From Diplonema japonicum (lineage: Eukaryota; Protista; Euglenozoa: Diplonemea), in NCBI GenBank assembly GCA_964019335.1, contig OZ025756.1, positions 62,001 through 126,000 on the forward strand: a DNA stretch of 64,000 nt, given 5' to 3'. This document shows positions 20,950 through 32,346 of this stretch, piece after piece. Made by a program: the position numbers and the translations under genes. Positions within the stretch are counted from its first letter, which is position 1. The number at the start of each line of letters is the position of its first letter. The notes below the pieces were generated by a model. It saw only the letters and a list, made by a program, of their open reading frames with translations. It ran no database searches and was not told where the DNA came from.

Positions 20950-21999
20950 TCACGTTATTCGGTTTTTTCTAAATATTTCGGGTGAGAACCTGCCGTGGGG
21001 GTGCGGGCCCAGGGTCTTAACGGCACGGCCTTCTTTTTCCAATACCATCTCGGCCACGGCAAGCCCCGTCGCGGGGCCGTTTAAAATGCCCCAACAGCTG
21101 TGCCCGCACGCGACGAACACCCTGGGACATTTTTCGAGACGCCCTATCGTCGGCCCACTTCCCTCAAATATAGGAAGACAACAACACGCAGACGACACAA
21201 GCGATGCATCAGCAAGGGAGGGCAACATGGACGACGAGATCTTGTGAAGCGACGCAAGGCCTTCTGGCGTAGCGACGAGCTCGTCAGGAGACGCGGGCAA
21301 GCTGTGCTTATCCGACCCTTCATTTGCATGACACACATACACTGACCCATCGGGCCGCGGGTAAATCTCCAAACCACAGTTGCTGAACACTGCTGACGAG
21401 CCCTGCGCTCCTGCGAACTGCACGCCACGATACACAGCTGAGCAATGCTGCTCATCCCATGTTCGTTCTGGGAACGCATAGTGCTCGTTGAACCATCGCT
21501 GAAGCAGGTGGCTCCACGCACCGAGCGCTACCACACATTTACTGTATTTTAAGGTTTTTCCTGAAGCGAGTTCTACGCAGGAAGACTTCCAGTTTACGTT
21601 TGTTACCGTGTCTATGTGAATGAGGTCGGCTGCTTTGGACAGGTATTCGGTTAAGTTTTTTGGGTACACCTGTTTGCAGTTTGGTTCACCGTCGAACTGG
21701 GTGTAGTCCTCGTGGACTGCCGTGAGGGGTCGGTACCCAAGGTCGGTGCCATTTGCGCCTGCTTCGTCTTGTAGCTCGCTGTGCATTGTGTAGGACAGCC
21801 TGACGAGGTCTTTGCACCTGCCTGAGTCCGACCAGGTTTTTGCCAGGAACCCGCCGGCCTTCCCGCTGCTGTGGGCCGCGATGCGTGATCGTTCGATGAT
21901 GTGGATTTCGGTGTTATCATCCACGCCAAGCTTCTTCAAATAGTACACTGTTGCCGTACCTACGATCCCACCACCGAGTATCAAGATCGGGTCCGGCAT
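20950..21999 (-). CDS. FAD-dependent oxidoreductase (DAO superfamily, TDA3-like)
   Basis: Likely start MPDPILILGGGIVG (GxGxxG); HSSGKAGGFLA, EIYPRPDG and VACGHSCWGILNGPATG motifs. Confidence 0.9.
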   Translation of the reverse strand: MPDPILILGGGIVGTATVYYLKKLGVDDNTEIHIIERSRIAAHSSGKAGGFLAKTWSDSGRCKDLVRLSYTMHSELQDEAGANGTDLGYRPLTAVHEDYTQFDGEPNCKQVYPKNLTEYLSKAADLIHIDTVTNVNWKSSCVELASGKTLKYSKCVVALGAWSHLLQRWFNEHYAFPERTWDEQHCSAVYRGVQFAGAQGSSAVFSNCGLEIYPRPDGSVYVCHANEGSDKHSLPASPDELVATPEGLASLHKISSSMLPSLADASLVSSACCCLPIFEGSGPTIGRLEKCPRVFVACGHSCWGILNGPATGLAVAEMVLEKEGRAVKTLGPHPHGRFSPEIFRKNRIT

Positions 22000-22495
22000 G
22001 GGGGGGTTTTTTTTTTCTTTTTTTTTTTTCTTGAGAAGCTTTTTTCGGGTGAAGAAAAAAAAAAAAAAAAAAAAAAAAAACAGAAGGGATAGAATCATTA
22101 AAATCAAAGATAACAGGGGGGGGGGGGGGGGGTGCATGTTCGCTTTTCTTTTTTTTTTTTTTGGATCCAGCAAAACAAGAAAAAAAAGCCATCCTCAGCG
22201 TTTTTTTTTTTTTTTTTTTAGGGTGTTTTTTTTTTGTGGAGAATCTGCCAGCCGATTGAGACGATGAACGCAGACCACAAGTGGGTGCTACACGAGTGCT
22301 TTTTTTTCTTTTCCTTTCAAATAATCCGGGGGGGGGGGATTGGCCCGTCGTAGACGGCGCCAAAAAAAAAAAAAAAAAAAATCCAAAAAAAAAAATGAAA
22401 TCTAAAACAACAAAAAAAAAAAAAAAAAAAAAAAAAGAAGAATGTTGTTTGGGCATTCTTTCTATTTTTCTTTTCTCACTTTTAACCCGTATAAA

Positions 22496-22542
<47 letters not shown>

Positions 22543-22564
22543 ACTCATTAATTCCTCCCCCTCC

Positions 22565-24258
22565 TCACATAGGCGATTGGAGTAGCCTTTCAATGGCAAT
22601 GTGCACGTTACCCCCACACTGCTGCAGCACCTGGAGATTCGCCTCCTCGTTGGGGAAGCCCATCTCGGTCATGGACTGGAGTTGCTCAGCGTACCTCTCC
22701 CTGGGAGGCCGCGAGTCGGTTTGTGGAGCAGCACCACCAGCACCACCCATCCCCATGCCCATGAACGGATTCGGGGCTGCCCCACCAGCACCCCCTGCAC
22801 CAGCACCCCCCATATTTTGCATCATCATTTGCATCATCTAGGTGGGGGTTTTTTTTTGTACACCCCTCTTCTTCTTCCCACTCATACCTCAGGTGTCATC
22901 ATCGAGCCGAACGGGTTCCCTCCAGCACCAGCACCAGCACCAGCACCGGCTTGCGCCCCCGATTCCGCTAAGGTTTTTTTTTTTTTTTTTTTGTATGAAT
23001 AATGAATTGTTATTGCTAAAAAGAGTAGTGGTAGCATTGTTGGGCTTATCCTTCTACAGGTTAACCCCCGGCTGTGCACAAACAAAGAAAAAAAAAAAAA
23101 AGAAATGTCGGTTGCCATCCCCTTCGAAGGCGAAAAGCTCGAACTGCTTACAGCGACGAAGTACCCTCTCCACGAGGAGAAGGATCCGGCCACAGACGAA
23201 AGCATATTCCTTGAGTGCGAGAAGAATCACAGCTCAGGATATATAATTGCTGTCACTGCGGCAGGGTGGGCTCCCTCCCTGCCTTTGGGCCGTACAGATT
23301 AATGGCGAGGAGACGGTGGTCATCCCAACTTCTTCCCAGAAAGCTCCTGTTCCCCCGGAAGTATGCACTCCACTAGCAAGAACTCCTTAATTTTAAAAGG
23401 TTTTTTTTTTGTTCCTTCTCATCACTCCACCCTACAACAAGGACACAGCAACGTAAGAGAACGAAGAGCGGCGGGGCGACGGTGACGGCGGGAGCTTCAA
23501 CGTGGGAAGGCAGAAAAGTTTGAGTGTTGGCATCCCCCCCCCCCAAAAAAAGGCATACCAGGAGCACCTGCACCAGCACCGGCACCGCCCATGTTACCCA
23601 TCATCTGCAGGGCCTGCTGGATCACAGCAGGGTTTGAGAGCATTTGCCTCATTTCAGGCGACATATTTTGAAGCATCGGGTGGCTCTCCATGAAGCCAGG
23701 CTGCTGCATCATGTTGGCCATCATCTGCTGCATCATAGGGTTCTGGGCCATCTGGGAGATGTTCTGCATTTCTTGGGGGCTCATGTTGGGCATGCCACCC
23801 ATACCGCCCATTCCTCCCATCCCGCCCATGCCTCCCATCCCTCCCATTCCAGCACCCATACCGCCCATACCACCGCCTGCAAACATACTGGCAAAGGGGT
23901 TAGCATTTGGGTCAGCCATGGGGTTCGGGGTTGCGTCAGTTGTAGCTGTAGCTGTAGGGGCGGGGGTGGTGGCGGTAGGGGCAGGTGCTGGGGTTTCTTC
24001 AGCTGGTTTTTCTTCGCCAGGTGCCGCTTTCTTAGCGCCCCTTACCATATGCACCGCGTGGCCATCTTGCACACCAATATCCTTGAGGACCTGGTCGTCC
24101 TTAAGGACCTTTCCCCTGTAAATCACCCTCTGACAGTCTGCAGGCACCTCAGACTCCTTCTCGATATTGTTCTTGAGCTGCTCCACGGTCCACTCGGGGT
24201 CCACATCCTTCAGGTCGTAGTTACGGTTGCTAGTCTTCAACACTAATGAAATCGGCAT
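22565..24258 (-). CDS. DSK2: Ubiquilin/Dsk2 (UBL-STI1-UBA); exons 24258-23559, 22967-22888, 22837-22565
   Basis: N-terminal UBL (QRVIYRGKVLKD...DGHAVHMV), M/Q-rich STI1 region and C-terminal UBA (RYAEQLQSMTEMGF..NLQVLQQCGGNVHIAIERL). Introns 23558-22968 (GTATGC..TAG) and 22887-22838 (GTATGA..TAG) restore one reading frame. Confidence 0.9.
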
Positions 24259-24467
24259 TTTTTTTTTTTTTTTTTTTTTTTTTTCTCTCACTTTTTTTTT
24301 TTTTTTTTTTCAAAGCAATGAAGCAACTGGAATAACAACAACGAGGAGGGGGAAAACGTCAAAATTCGAAGGAAAAAAAAAAAAAAAAAAAAAAAAACGA
24401 AAACAAAGGGTAGGGCATCCTTATAGGGACCGCCATTCGATGGTGCCGCACACGGAAAGTGTTGTGT

Positions 24468-24503
<36 letters not shown>

Positions 24504-24584
24504 CCCTCTTGAGGAAAGAAATCAGGCACAGGCCACTCTGAAAAAGTGGACATCACCGTTGCCAACCAGTAAAAAACAGCTATT

Positions 24585-25255
24585 TATTAAGTGAAAATAA
24601 GATAGCATTATTTCACGCGTGGTGGCAGGGGGTTTAACGAGTAGGGATCCTAGTTCACGAGCGATCCCGAACTAATATCCCGTTTACTTCACTCGCTGCG
24701 CTCGTGAAGTGCTCTTATTTTCACTAATACGTTGTTTTATTTAACAAGAGCCGGGTTTGAAAGGGTGGGAGGTTACAGGGTTACAACAAGTGAAAAGTGG
24801 GATTGGGTTACAGGGTGTGAGAGATACACCGTCGCTAAATTTCAGTTTGTGCGACTTTGGTCCAAACATGCAAGCTGCATATGCCTGACGCACTATGTTG
24901 TTGCTGAATTTCATTGCCAGATACTCTTTCATTTGTTCCTGACTAAATACCGAAGCTTTTTTTCACCTCATGGCCTTCTTCAAAAGAAGTGCAACCCTGG
25001 GAAAGCTCTGCATTTTTTTTACCGAAGTTTCGTTGGATGATGGCGTTGATCTTGCTGTAACTAGCCCTAAACCTAGGTGGAATAGGTGAAATTAGGCCCA
25101 GGAGTGAAATAATGTTACATTATTTCACGCTCGAACATTATTTCACACTCCTGGGCCTAATTCAAGGTAAACTGGGAGTGAAAATAAAGCTGGGAGTGAC
25201 ATAAAGTAAAATATTATTTTCACTCCCACCCTTGAAAACCCGGCTCGAGTTATAT
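24585..25255. mobile_element. Two adjacent palindromic non-autonomous (MITE-like) elements
   Basis: 24585-24730 has IR agtgaaaataaga/tcttattttcact with inner ttcacgagcg/cgctcgtgaa. 24741-25252 has an approximately 30-bp TIR (taacaagagccgggtttgaaagggtggga) plus an inner IR at 25090-25161. Confidence 0.6.
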
Positions 25256-25350
25256 AAAAAAAAGGAAAAAAAAAAAAAAAAAAAAAAGAACTGAATTTTG
25301 TAGAGGTGGGAAGAAAAAAAATAAAAATAAAAATAAATAACAACAACTAA

Positions 25351-25611
25351 CCGTATTTGGACTTAATGTGGAACGAAAAGTACTTGCAAAACAAGGTTTG
25401 AAAAACCAACTTTTTTTTTTCCAACTTTTTCGAAAAAGCGCTAAATTCTTTTTTGGTTCTTGGACACCAGGACCAGGCTCTAAGAAAACTAAAAAATACT
25501 AATTTGGAAACGGAAATAAATATTAAGCACACAACACCGGCGGAAATCTTTGGAATCTTTGGACAACTCCCCCTCCCCTCCCTCCCCGTTCCATATTAAG
25601 TCCAAGTACGG
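25351..25611. mobile_element. MITE with about 25-bp TIRs (CCGTATTTGGACTTAAT...GGAACG)
   Basis: Inverted ends at 25351 and 25587-25611; second copy at 27380-27570. Confidence 0.7.
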
Positions 25612-25673
25612 GATACTTTTTTTTTTTTTTTTTTTGTTTCATAAGTGCCGTGTAAAGGGATGTGAAAGGCGAA

Positions 25674-25707
<34 letters not shown>

Positions 25708-25727
25708 AGAAATCCCCGCTCTCCCCT

Positions 25728-26387
25728 TCAGTAATATGAACGCGTAGGGCTACCATGCCCTTGTGTACAGAAATCACAGTATTGCACCAAAGCTCCGTGC
25801 TGGCAGAGGCCTTGGTTGCGGTGATGATCCCTCAGCTCGGCCCACGGGGTGGAACCGGAAGCCACGACAGGCTGGGTGACAGGGGGAGCTGCCTGAGTGT
25901 ACACATACATAGGGGTACTTATCTGCTGATGCTGCTGCTGCTGCTGCTGCCTCTGTGCGGACATTCGGTCAACATCAGTCTTGTAGCTCTGAAGCCAGGC
26001 AAGGAGCCGTGCCGAAGTCATATCGTAACGGGGAAACGTTCGCAAGTAATCCATAAAGTGGTTAGCACAGATTGAACATGGCAGGCTTGGGGCAATCTGC
26101 GAGAAACCGGAATAAATCTGCTCGGCCACGTCTCCGCTCACAGGGTCTTGCAGCGCCCCCGCGGTATCGAAAAGTGCCTTCCACAAGGGTTTCGACCATT
26201 TCCATTGAGCAGGGTCTGTAGTGGTCAGAACTTGGTGGTATTCTGCAAAACCTGCTCGCATGACCTCTATGGGGTCAGCTGTCCCTGCTCCCCACCCGTA
26301 CCTGTCTCCCCTGTAAGGGCTCGCTGCATGCTGTTCTCCCGTGGCCCAATTTCGCCACCTAGGCGGGCTGCCATATCTTATTGACAT
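25728..26387 (-). CDS. Erv1/Alr-like (sulfhydryl oxidase fold) CxxC protein with polyQ tail
   Basis: Likely start MSIRYG (26387). WSKPLWKALF...LPCSICANHF..YL...LLAWL follows the Erv/Alr pattern, but the canonical HNxVN is replaced by YKTDVD. Confidence 0.6.
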   Translation of the reverse strand: MSIRYGSPPRWRNWATGEQHAASPYRGDRYGWGAGTADPIEVMRAGFAEYHQVLTTTDPAQWKWSKPLWKALFDTAGALQDPVSGDVAEQIYSGFSQIAPSLPCSICANHFMDYLRTFPRYDMTSARLLAWLQSYKTDVDRMSAQRQQQQQQHQQISTPMYVYTQAAPPVTQPVVASGSTPWAELRDHHRNQGLCQHGALVQYCDFCTQGHGSPTRSYY

Positions 26388-26544
26388 CAGCCTGCTGTAA
26401 AAAGTATTAGCAATGTGACGAAAAAAAAAAAAAAAAAAAAAAGAAAACACACTGTTAACATAAAGTTGCAAACTATCATATGCTGTGCGTCTTGTAATAC
26501 AATAGAGAAAAAAGAAGGGGGAAAAAAAAAAAAAGAAAAAGAAG

Positions 26545-26580
<36 letters not shown>

Positions 26581-26703
26581 TCGGTAGGTATTTCGTGCAC
26601 ACGGTACTAATCCTGAGATAAGTACTGCATGGTACCACTACTCTTTTTTTTTTTTTTTTTTTTTTTTGTTCTTACAAGAAACTGAGCAGTATTTGCCCAA
26701 ATA

Positions 26704-26736
<33 letters not shown>

Positions 26737-26980
26737 AAAAGAAAAAAAAGAAAGAGGAGGGAGTAGCCCACACCTCCGGCCTAACTTATCAAAAAGAACA
26801 AGGGTGCATAGTTACAAGGTTTGGGAAAAAATTCACTATGATAGGAACGAAGTGGTTAGCAACGGCCCGCAAAAAAAAAAGAAACTCAAAAGAAAAAGAG
26901 GAGCAGGTTAAAAAAAAAAAAAATAATATGCATATAGTTATAAAATCATTTTTTGAAAGATACATATTTGTAACAAAAAA

Positions 26981-27022
<42 letters not shown>

Positions 27023-27379
27023 AGAAAATAAACTTAAAAGACGTGCTGTAATTCCTTTCCCCCTACCAGCCCGCCGGGGGAGGGGGAAAAAACAGGAAAT
27101 AAAAAGAGCTGTTTCCCCCCCTTATTTTCAGGGGTTTTTCTTTTTTTTAATTTTTTTTTTTTATAGTGATAATTACAAAATAACACGTGTTCAGCCGTGG
27201 GCCCTCAGCTGAGCAGAACCAGCTGGGGTATGGAGATTGCGTACGAAAGCGCAGGGAGCTCAAAAAAAGGGTCTGCATACCTCTTACACGATTGGCCACC
27301 CCCCTAGAGTGCAGAGGGAAAAGAAAGAAAAAAAAAAAAAAGAAAGAAAAAAAAAAAAAGAACAAATAAATTTAGAATA

Positions 27380-27570
27380 CCGTATTTGGCCTTAATATGG
27401 AAGCGAAAAAAAAAAAAATCTTTCTCGAGACAGAAAAAAAAAAAAAAAAAAGTTTGAAATGAATTAATTATAGAATTTCTTTGGTTCCGTTGGAGAACCG
27501 AATTTCGAACATTTTTGGCTTCTTTAAAAAGTTTTTTACCCCCTTCGTTCCATATTAAGTACACATTCGG
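27380..27570. mobile_element. MITE, second copy, flanked by TA
   Basis: ta|ccgtatttggccttaatatgga ... cgttccatattaagtacacattcgg|ta; TA duplication is typical of Tc1/mariner-pogo. Confidence 0.7.
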
Positions 27571-27724
27571 TAGAAGTAAAGAACGGAAAAGAAGAATAGA
27601 AGGGAGGAAGCATTTCTTAGAGACCAAAAAAAAAAAAAAAAAAAAAAACCCTTTATTTAATATTAGTTTAATATTAGGTCTCTAAAATATTTTTGATGTA
27701 CTTTTTTACTAGAAAAAAAAAAAA

Positions 27725-28212
27725 CTCAAAGTGCAGGACAAACCCCCTCATGGAGGGCCGCCCTTGGGTGGGTTGGGGGGGCTATCTATTTATACTCCCC
27801 TTCTGGAGCATTGCTTTCGTTCCAATCGAGGCCTTGAGCGTCTTGCGGAGTCGCGTGATGCGGTCTCGCTTGTAAGCGGCTTTCAGTTCCATCAGCTTGT
27901 CGTGCGTGGAGTGGGTGGCGAAGATGGGCCTCCTGGCGAAACCCATAGTCGTTTTCCCACCTATTGCGATGAGGGACTTCACTCTCTTCTGTTCATCCGC
28001 CGGGAAGGGGCGTGGCTTCTTCCGTGCTCTGCATGCCGCGTTCAGCTTTCTTATCAGTGCTTTGATCTTGCGAGCCCTATCTTCCAGCAGACCTCCCAGT
28101 AACTTGCCTGTCGTCCATTCGAAGTCGATGGCCAATTCCACCGCTGACACTTCAGAGCTGGTGTCCTCCTTCACCCATCGTAGCTGTGACAACCACTGCA
28201 GCAGCGGGTTCA
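27725..28212 (-). mobile_element. Non-LTR retrotransposon 3' fragment, family 1
   Basis: ORF end LLQWLSQLRW...VSAVELAIDFEWTTG...GFARRPIF; same 3' terminus as copies at 31689, 37509 and 63281. Confidence 0.7.
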
Positions 28213-28319
28213 AGAATTCTGCGACGATAAAAAAAAAAAAAAGAATAGAAGAAACCTACCGTATTTTTTAAATTACTACTACCAGCCAAAAAAAAAAAAA
28301 AAAAAAGAAAAAAGAAATT

Positions 28320-29030
28320 GATAAATTTCGGTGTGCGGGTGGGTGCTCACCGTTCAGGGAGAAATCCACACTAATCGGTCACCGTTCTGCGGTTGCTGTC
28401 TGGTGCCTGCGGTGGCTGTTTGTCGCGATGAGATGGACGGCATCTGGGCGAGAAACATTGCTTGGAGTCGTGCTAGGTAGGGGGCGGTTTGGCTCGAGGA
28501 GAAGAGTGGTCTCCTGTCGTAGCCGTGTGTCGTCGGGCCCCCAAGATGTCGAAGGGTGTGTACCCTTGTCTTTGCGTTGGCGGGGAAAGCATTCTTCCCA
28601 CTCTTTGCTGTGCATTTCTGAATACGTCCTAAGATGTATCGCATCCTTCCAGCCTTCTCTGTGAGCCAGTCCTGGTCGTCGAGGGGTCCAGCCAAGGACT
28701 GCCGGGTGGCCTGCTCATAGTCTACTGCGAGCTCCATCGTCGTGACGGACGTCAACTTCCTGCCTGCGTACCATCTTAGGCTTTTCAGCCACCTGAGGAC
28801 GCTCTTTATGTAGAACATTAGGACCTTTCCCGACGCTCCGTTCGATTTCAACAGCTCCACTGTGGGCACAGTGATCTCATCCGTGAGGATTCTGGTGCTC
28901 CGTTCAGCCGCTCTGGCGTCTCGTCTTGTCAGGACATCCAACAGGTATCGTTGCACGACTGCCGCCTGTTGCTTCGCAGCCCCCTGGACGTCGCACGCAA
29001 GAGACGAGCTTTCCACACCCTCACGTTCAT
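28320..29030 (-). mobile_element. Non-LTR retrotransposon 3' fragment, family 2 (internally deleted)
   Basis: WLKSLRW...VTTMELAVDYEQAT...GYDRRPLF; highly similar to 40969-41880. Confidence 0.7.
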
Positions 29031-29100
29031 CCAATTAAAAAAAAAGATGTCTTTGAAGGGAACCTGCAGTATGTGACAGGATCGCCTAACGACAGTCAAC

Positions 29101-29330
29101 TCATCTAGTGTTTGATCCCTTCTGTCGTGGTAGTGCCTTAGGCCCGTCGTGGTATCTATTCAGCAGCTTGGGCGTGAAACCAACTAGCGAGTTCTTGAGG
29201 ATGCAATGAGTTCGTAACTGTTCCTCTAGGATAGGGTGGGTGACCTTCGGGGATGCGAAGACCGGTCGAGTGGAGTACCCAGTGATGGGTTGGCTGTGGA
29301 GCCCTAGGGTACGCAAAGAGTGTACTGATT
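29101..29330 (-). mobile_element. Probable third subfamily of the same retroelement 3' end
   Basis: SVHSLRTLGLHSQPITGYSTRPVF resembles RVHTLRHLGGPTTHGYDRRPLF of family 2. Confidence 0.5.
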
Positions 29331-29349
29331 TCTTTAAAAAATTAGAGAC

Positions 29350-29388
<39 letters not shown>

Positions 29389-29819
29389 AAAGAAGCACAC
29401 CTTAACATGAGTTCCCCAAAAGAAAACTTTTTTTTTCTTAAAAAGTACGTGCGTGGAACCACAAAAAAAAAAAAAAAAAAAAAAAGGAAGTAGCAAATGC
29501 AGTAATAGTAGTAACCGAGAAAGAAAAAGAAAAAATAAAATAAAAAAACAGACCGGTAATTTCTAAAAAAAAATATAAATAATAATAGGGGGTGTAAGCT
29601 AAAGGATATGAAGTTTTTCCCCCCCCACCCTCCCCATTTTTTTCTTTTTTCCTGAAAAAAAAAAAACGGGGGGGAGGGGGTTTAGAAACCACAATTCTTT
29701 TGGAGAAAAAAAAAAAATCACAGACCCTCCAGGTAACAGTGCGCCATAAGACCACGAAAAAAAAAAAAAAAAAACCAGTTTTTCCTTTTTTTTTTTTTTT
29801 TTTTTTCCCCCCCTCTTCT

Positions 29820-31511
29820 TCACGAAACGCAATGATAAGTAGCTTTGTACATCTTCACCACACCGTTCGACTGTATAGTAGCTCGCAGCTCACACTCCGC
29901 TTCCTCAACCGGTGAAGGGCACGACCGCTCAATCCCGAGCACGCGAAGCGCCTCACAAAAATCGCCTTTAATAAACCGCTTCCCCGCACTGTTATAGGTT
30001 TCCCACGGCCTGTCCCCCAACTGGTACATCCACTCCTCAGGAGGTGTCACCCTGCTCCCACCGTCAATCATAATTTCGTAAATAATCTCTTCCGTTCCGG
30101 TCCCCAATATCTGAATCTTCCCAAGAATAATTTTCATGTCGTAAGCGTACGAGGTTTCGCTGTACACGGAACCGCTCACTACAACGGTGTGGCCGTGTTC
30201 CCGAGCAAAATTTTGTAGGGCGGAGGCGGCAACGACAGAAGTTCCAATCATGGACACAGACATCAGCTCAGCACACCCGAAGGAACCACAAAACGCAGAT
30301 CCGCTTGCAACGCCGGTTACAACGTAAATGTCTTGTTCCTCTAGCTCCATGTATAAATCTACAGAACCTTGTACTGCGCTGATCGCGTGACAAGCGCATT
30401 TTTTTGATGCGTTGAAAGACGCGTGCACATGGTCACCCACGACTACACCCACAACACCCGCTACACGGGAGTAGCATGAAAGCATCACTTCCATAAATGT
30501 TCTGTACCTATCTTGGTAAGCGATGATGTCTCTTGACGCTTCCTTGTGGGATCCTAGCATGTTTGTTACTGTGAACGTGCACCGTCGTTTTTCCATCAAC
30601 CTTGGTGTGTCAGAATGGGTTGATACTGAAATAGATTTGCTCATTTTCTCGTCTTGATCCCCGTTGTCATCGTCATTATCTGTAAACTCCTCCCCGTACA
30701 AACAAGATTGTGGTAAGTACGGACGGTATCCTTTAAGATTCTCCAAAATGTTATGAAACGCCTCGTAAAGAGGAGGAGGGAGGGAGGCGGTTGAGATGAT
30801 GGCCTCGGCTGCCTCAAGGTCGAAGCGGGAGAGGGAGGTCGCGATGTCCTCTGTGGCGGCGATCACTTTGTTCATTTTGTCGTGTTCTTGCTGAAACCCA
30901 ACCGCGAAGCCACGCGTGAAATAATAATCAAGTAAGAATATGAGAATCTGACCAGCGGTGATGAGAAACGACAACAGCCCTCCGAGCTTACACGGCAACT
31001 TGTCGCAAGCAACAGCTTCCCTCCTCTCTTCTTGGGATAATAAGAAAAAAGCATCATATAGACCAAATCGCATTGCGCTCTCAAGGCCAAGGACCGACAG
31101 CCATACCACCAAAGCAATTATTAAGTTTCTCGCCACACGTTGCGGCAGCCTGCAGACAAGGCACATATCTATGAGTATAATTAAGAATGGCCAGGATCGA
31201 TCCCCGCTCATTTCAACCAGCTGGACGAGATCGCCCAACAAGAATGTAATCCCCGACCCGTACAGTGAAATCTCTACTAAGTTCAATCTTAACTTTCGCT
31301 CCAGCAGAAAGGGTATCAGATACAGTGCTGCAGAGAGGGCGCCGACGACGGGGCGTGCGCAGTTCATGGTGTTCGTGTACATGCAGTTGTTGATGGTGGT
31401 GAGGACATACATCACAAAAGCGGTGCCGCCTCCAATCAGCAGGACTTTCTTGGTGAACGCAGTCTGGCTGTCGTCTGTCGGCAGCACAACGCATGAGAAT
31501 AATGGTTCCAT
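29820..31511 (-). CDS. Multi-TM cyclase-family protein with only a degenerate (pseudo-)cyclase domain
   Basis: Same TM region and FDLEAAE...YRPYLP linker as the catalytic paralogues. Cyclase-like domain has TNM instead of TDI, keeps VGD, and lacks NxAAR. C-terminal EEWMYQL motif. Confidence 0.8.
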   Translation of the reverse strand: MEPLFSCVVLPTDDSQTAFTKKVLLIGGGTAFVMYVLTTINNCMYTNTMNCARPVVGALSAALYLIPFLLERKLRLNLVEISLYGSGITFLLGDLVQLVEMSGDRSWPFLIILIDMCLVCRLPQRVARNLIIALVVWLSVLGLESAMRFGLYDAFFLLSQEERREAVACDKLPCKLGGLLSFLITAGQILIFLLDYYFTRGFAVGFQQEHDKMNKVIAATEDIATSLSRFDLEAAEAIISTASLPPPLYEAFHNILENLKGYRPYLPQSCLYGEEFTDNDDDNGDQDEKMSKSISVSTHSDTPRLMEKRRCTFTVTNMLGSHKEASRDIIAYQDRYRTFMEVMLSCYSRVAGVVGVVVGDHVHASFNASKKCACHAISAVQGSVDLYMELEEQDIYVVTGVASGSAFCGSFGCAELMSVSMIGTSVVAASALQNFAREHGHTVVVSGSVYSETSYAYDMKIILGKIQILGTGTEEIIYEIMIDGGSRVTPPEEWMYQLGDRPWETYNSAGKRFIKGDFCEALRVLGIERSCPSPVEEAECELRATIQSNGVVKMYKATYHCVS

Positions 31512-31688
31512 AACCACCGCCCTCCCCTTTGGTGTGAAAAATGTTGGTTTTTTTTTTTTTTTTTTTATCAAAAAAAAAAAAAAAAAAAAAAAAGAAAAGA
31601 ATTAAAATTTATTTCGTGCCGTGGTAGAAACCCGGAGAATTTGTTTGAAGTCTTCGAAAAAAAAAAAAGAAGAAAAAAAAAAAAAAAA

Positions 31689-32345
31689 CTCAAAGTACAG
31701 GACAAGCCCCCCGCTAGAGGGCCGCCCTATGGGAGGGGGGGGGGGGGGGGGTCTATCTGTTAATACTCCCCTTCTGGAGCATTGCTTTCATCCCGATCGT
31801 GGCTGTGAGCGTCTTGCGAAGTCGAGTGATGCGATCCCGCTTGTAGGCGGCCTTCAAATCCATCAGCTTGTCGTGCGTGGACTGGGTAGCAAAAATGGGC
31901 CTCCTGGAGAAGCCTATAGCTGCCATACCTCCTATGGCGATGAGCTCATCCGCTGGGAAGGGGCGTCGCTTCTTCCGTGCCCTGCATGCTGTGTTTATCT
32001 TTACGATTAGGGCCTTGATTCTGCGTGCCCTATCTTCCAGCAGCGCCTCCTAATGATTTACCGGTCGTCCATTCGAAGTCAATGGCTAGCTCCACCGCCG
32101 ACACCTCCGAGGTGGTGTCCTTCTCCACCCAGCGCAGCTGTGACAACCATTGTAGCAGCGGGTTCAGGTACTGGGACAGGACCCCACCCACTCCTTCGAG
32201 CTCGCCTGCTATCGGAACGGGCATCTCTTTCCTACTACATTTCGTTCCCACGGTAGCGGCTGTGTGTTGACGTCCTCCTTCTGCATGAGCTCCACGTCCC
32301 GCTTCTCAACCACCACGGCCAAGTATCGTTGCAGTTTTTCCAGGT
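31689..32345 (-). mobile_element. Non-LTR retrotransposon 3' fragment, family 1
   Basis: Homologous to 27725-28212 (LLQWLSQLRW, ELAIDFEWTTG); frameshifted. Confidence 0.7.
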
Positions 32346-32346
32346 A

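Noticed and set aside
24770-24815. Telomere-like GGGTTACAGGG motifs
   Set aside because: Only 2-3 non-tandem copies inside a MITE-like element.
27607-27685. Short IR TTAGAGACC/GGTCTCTAA
   Set aside because: Only 9 bp; too little to call an element, although the motif recurs at 29342.
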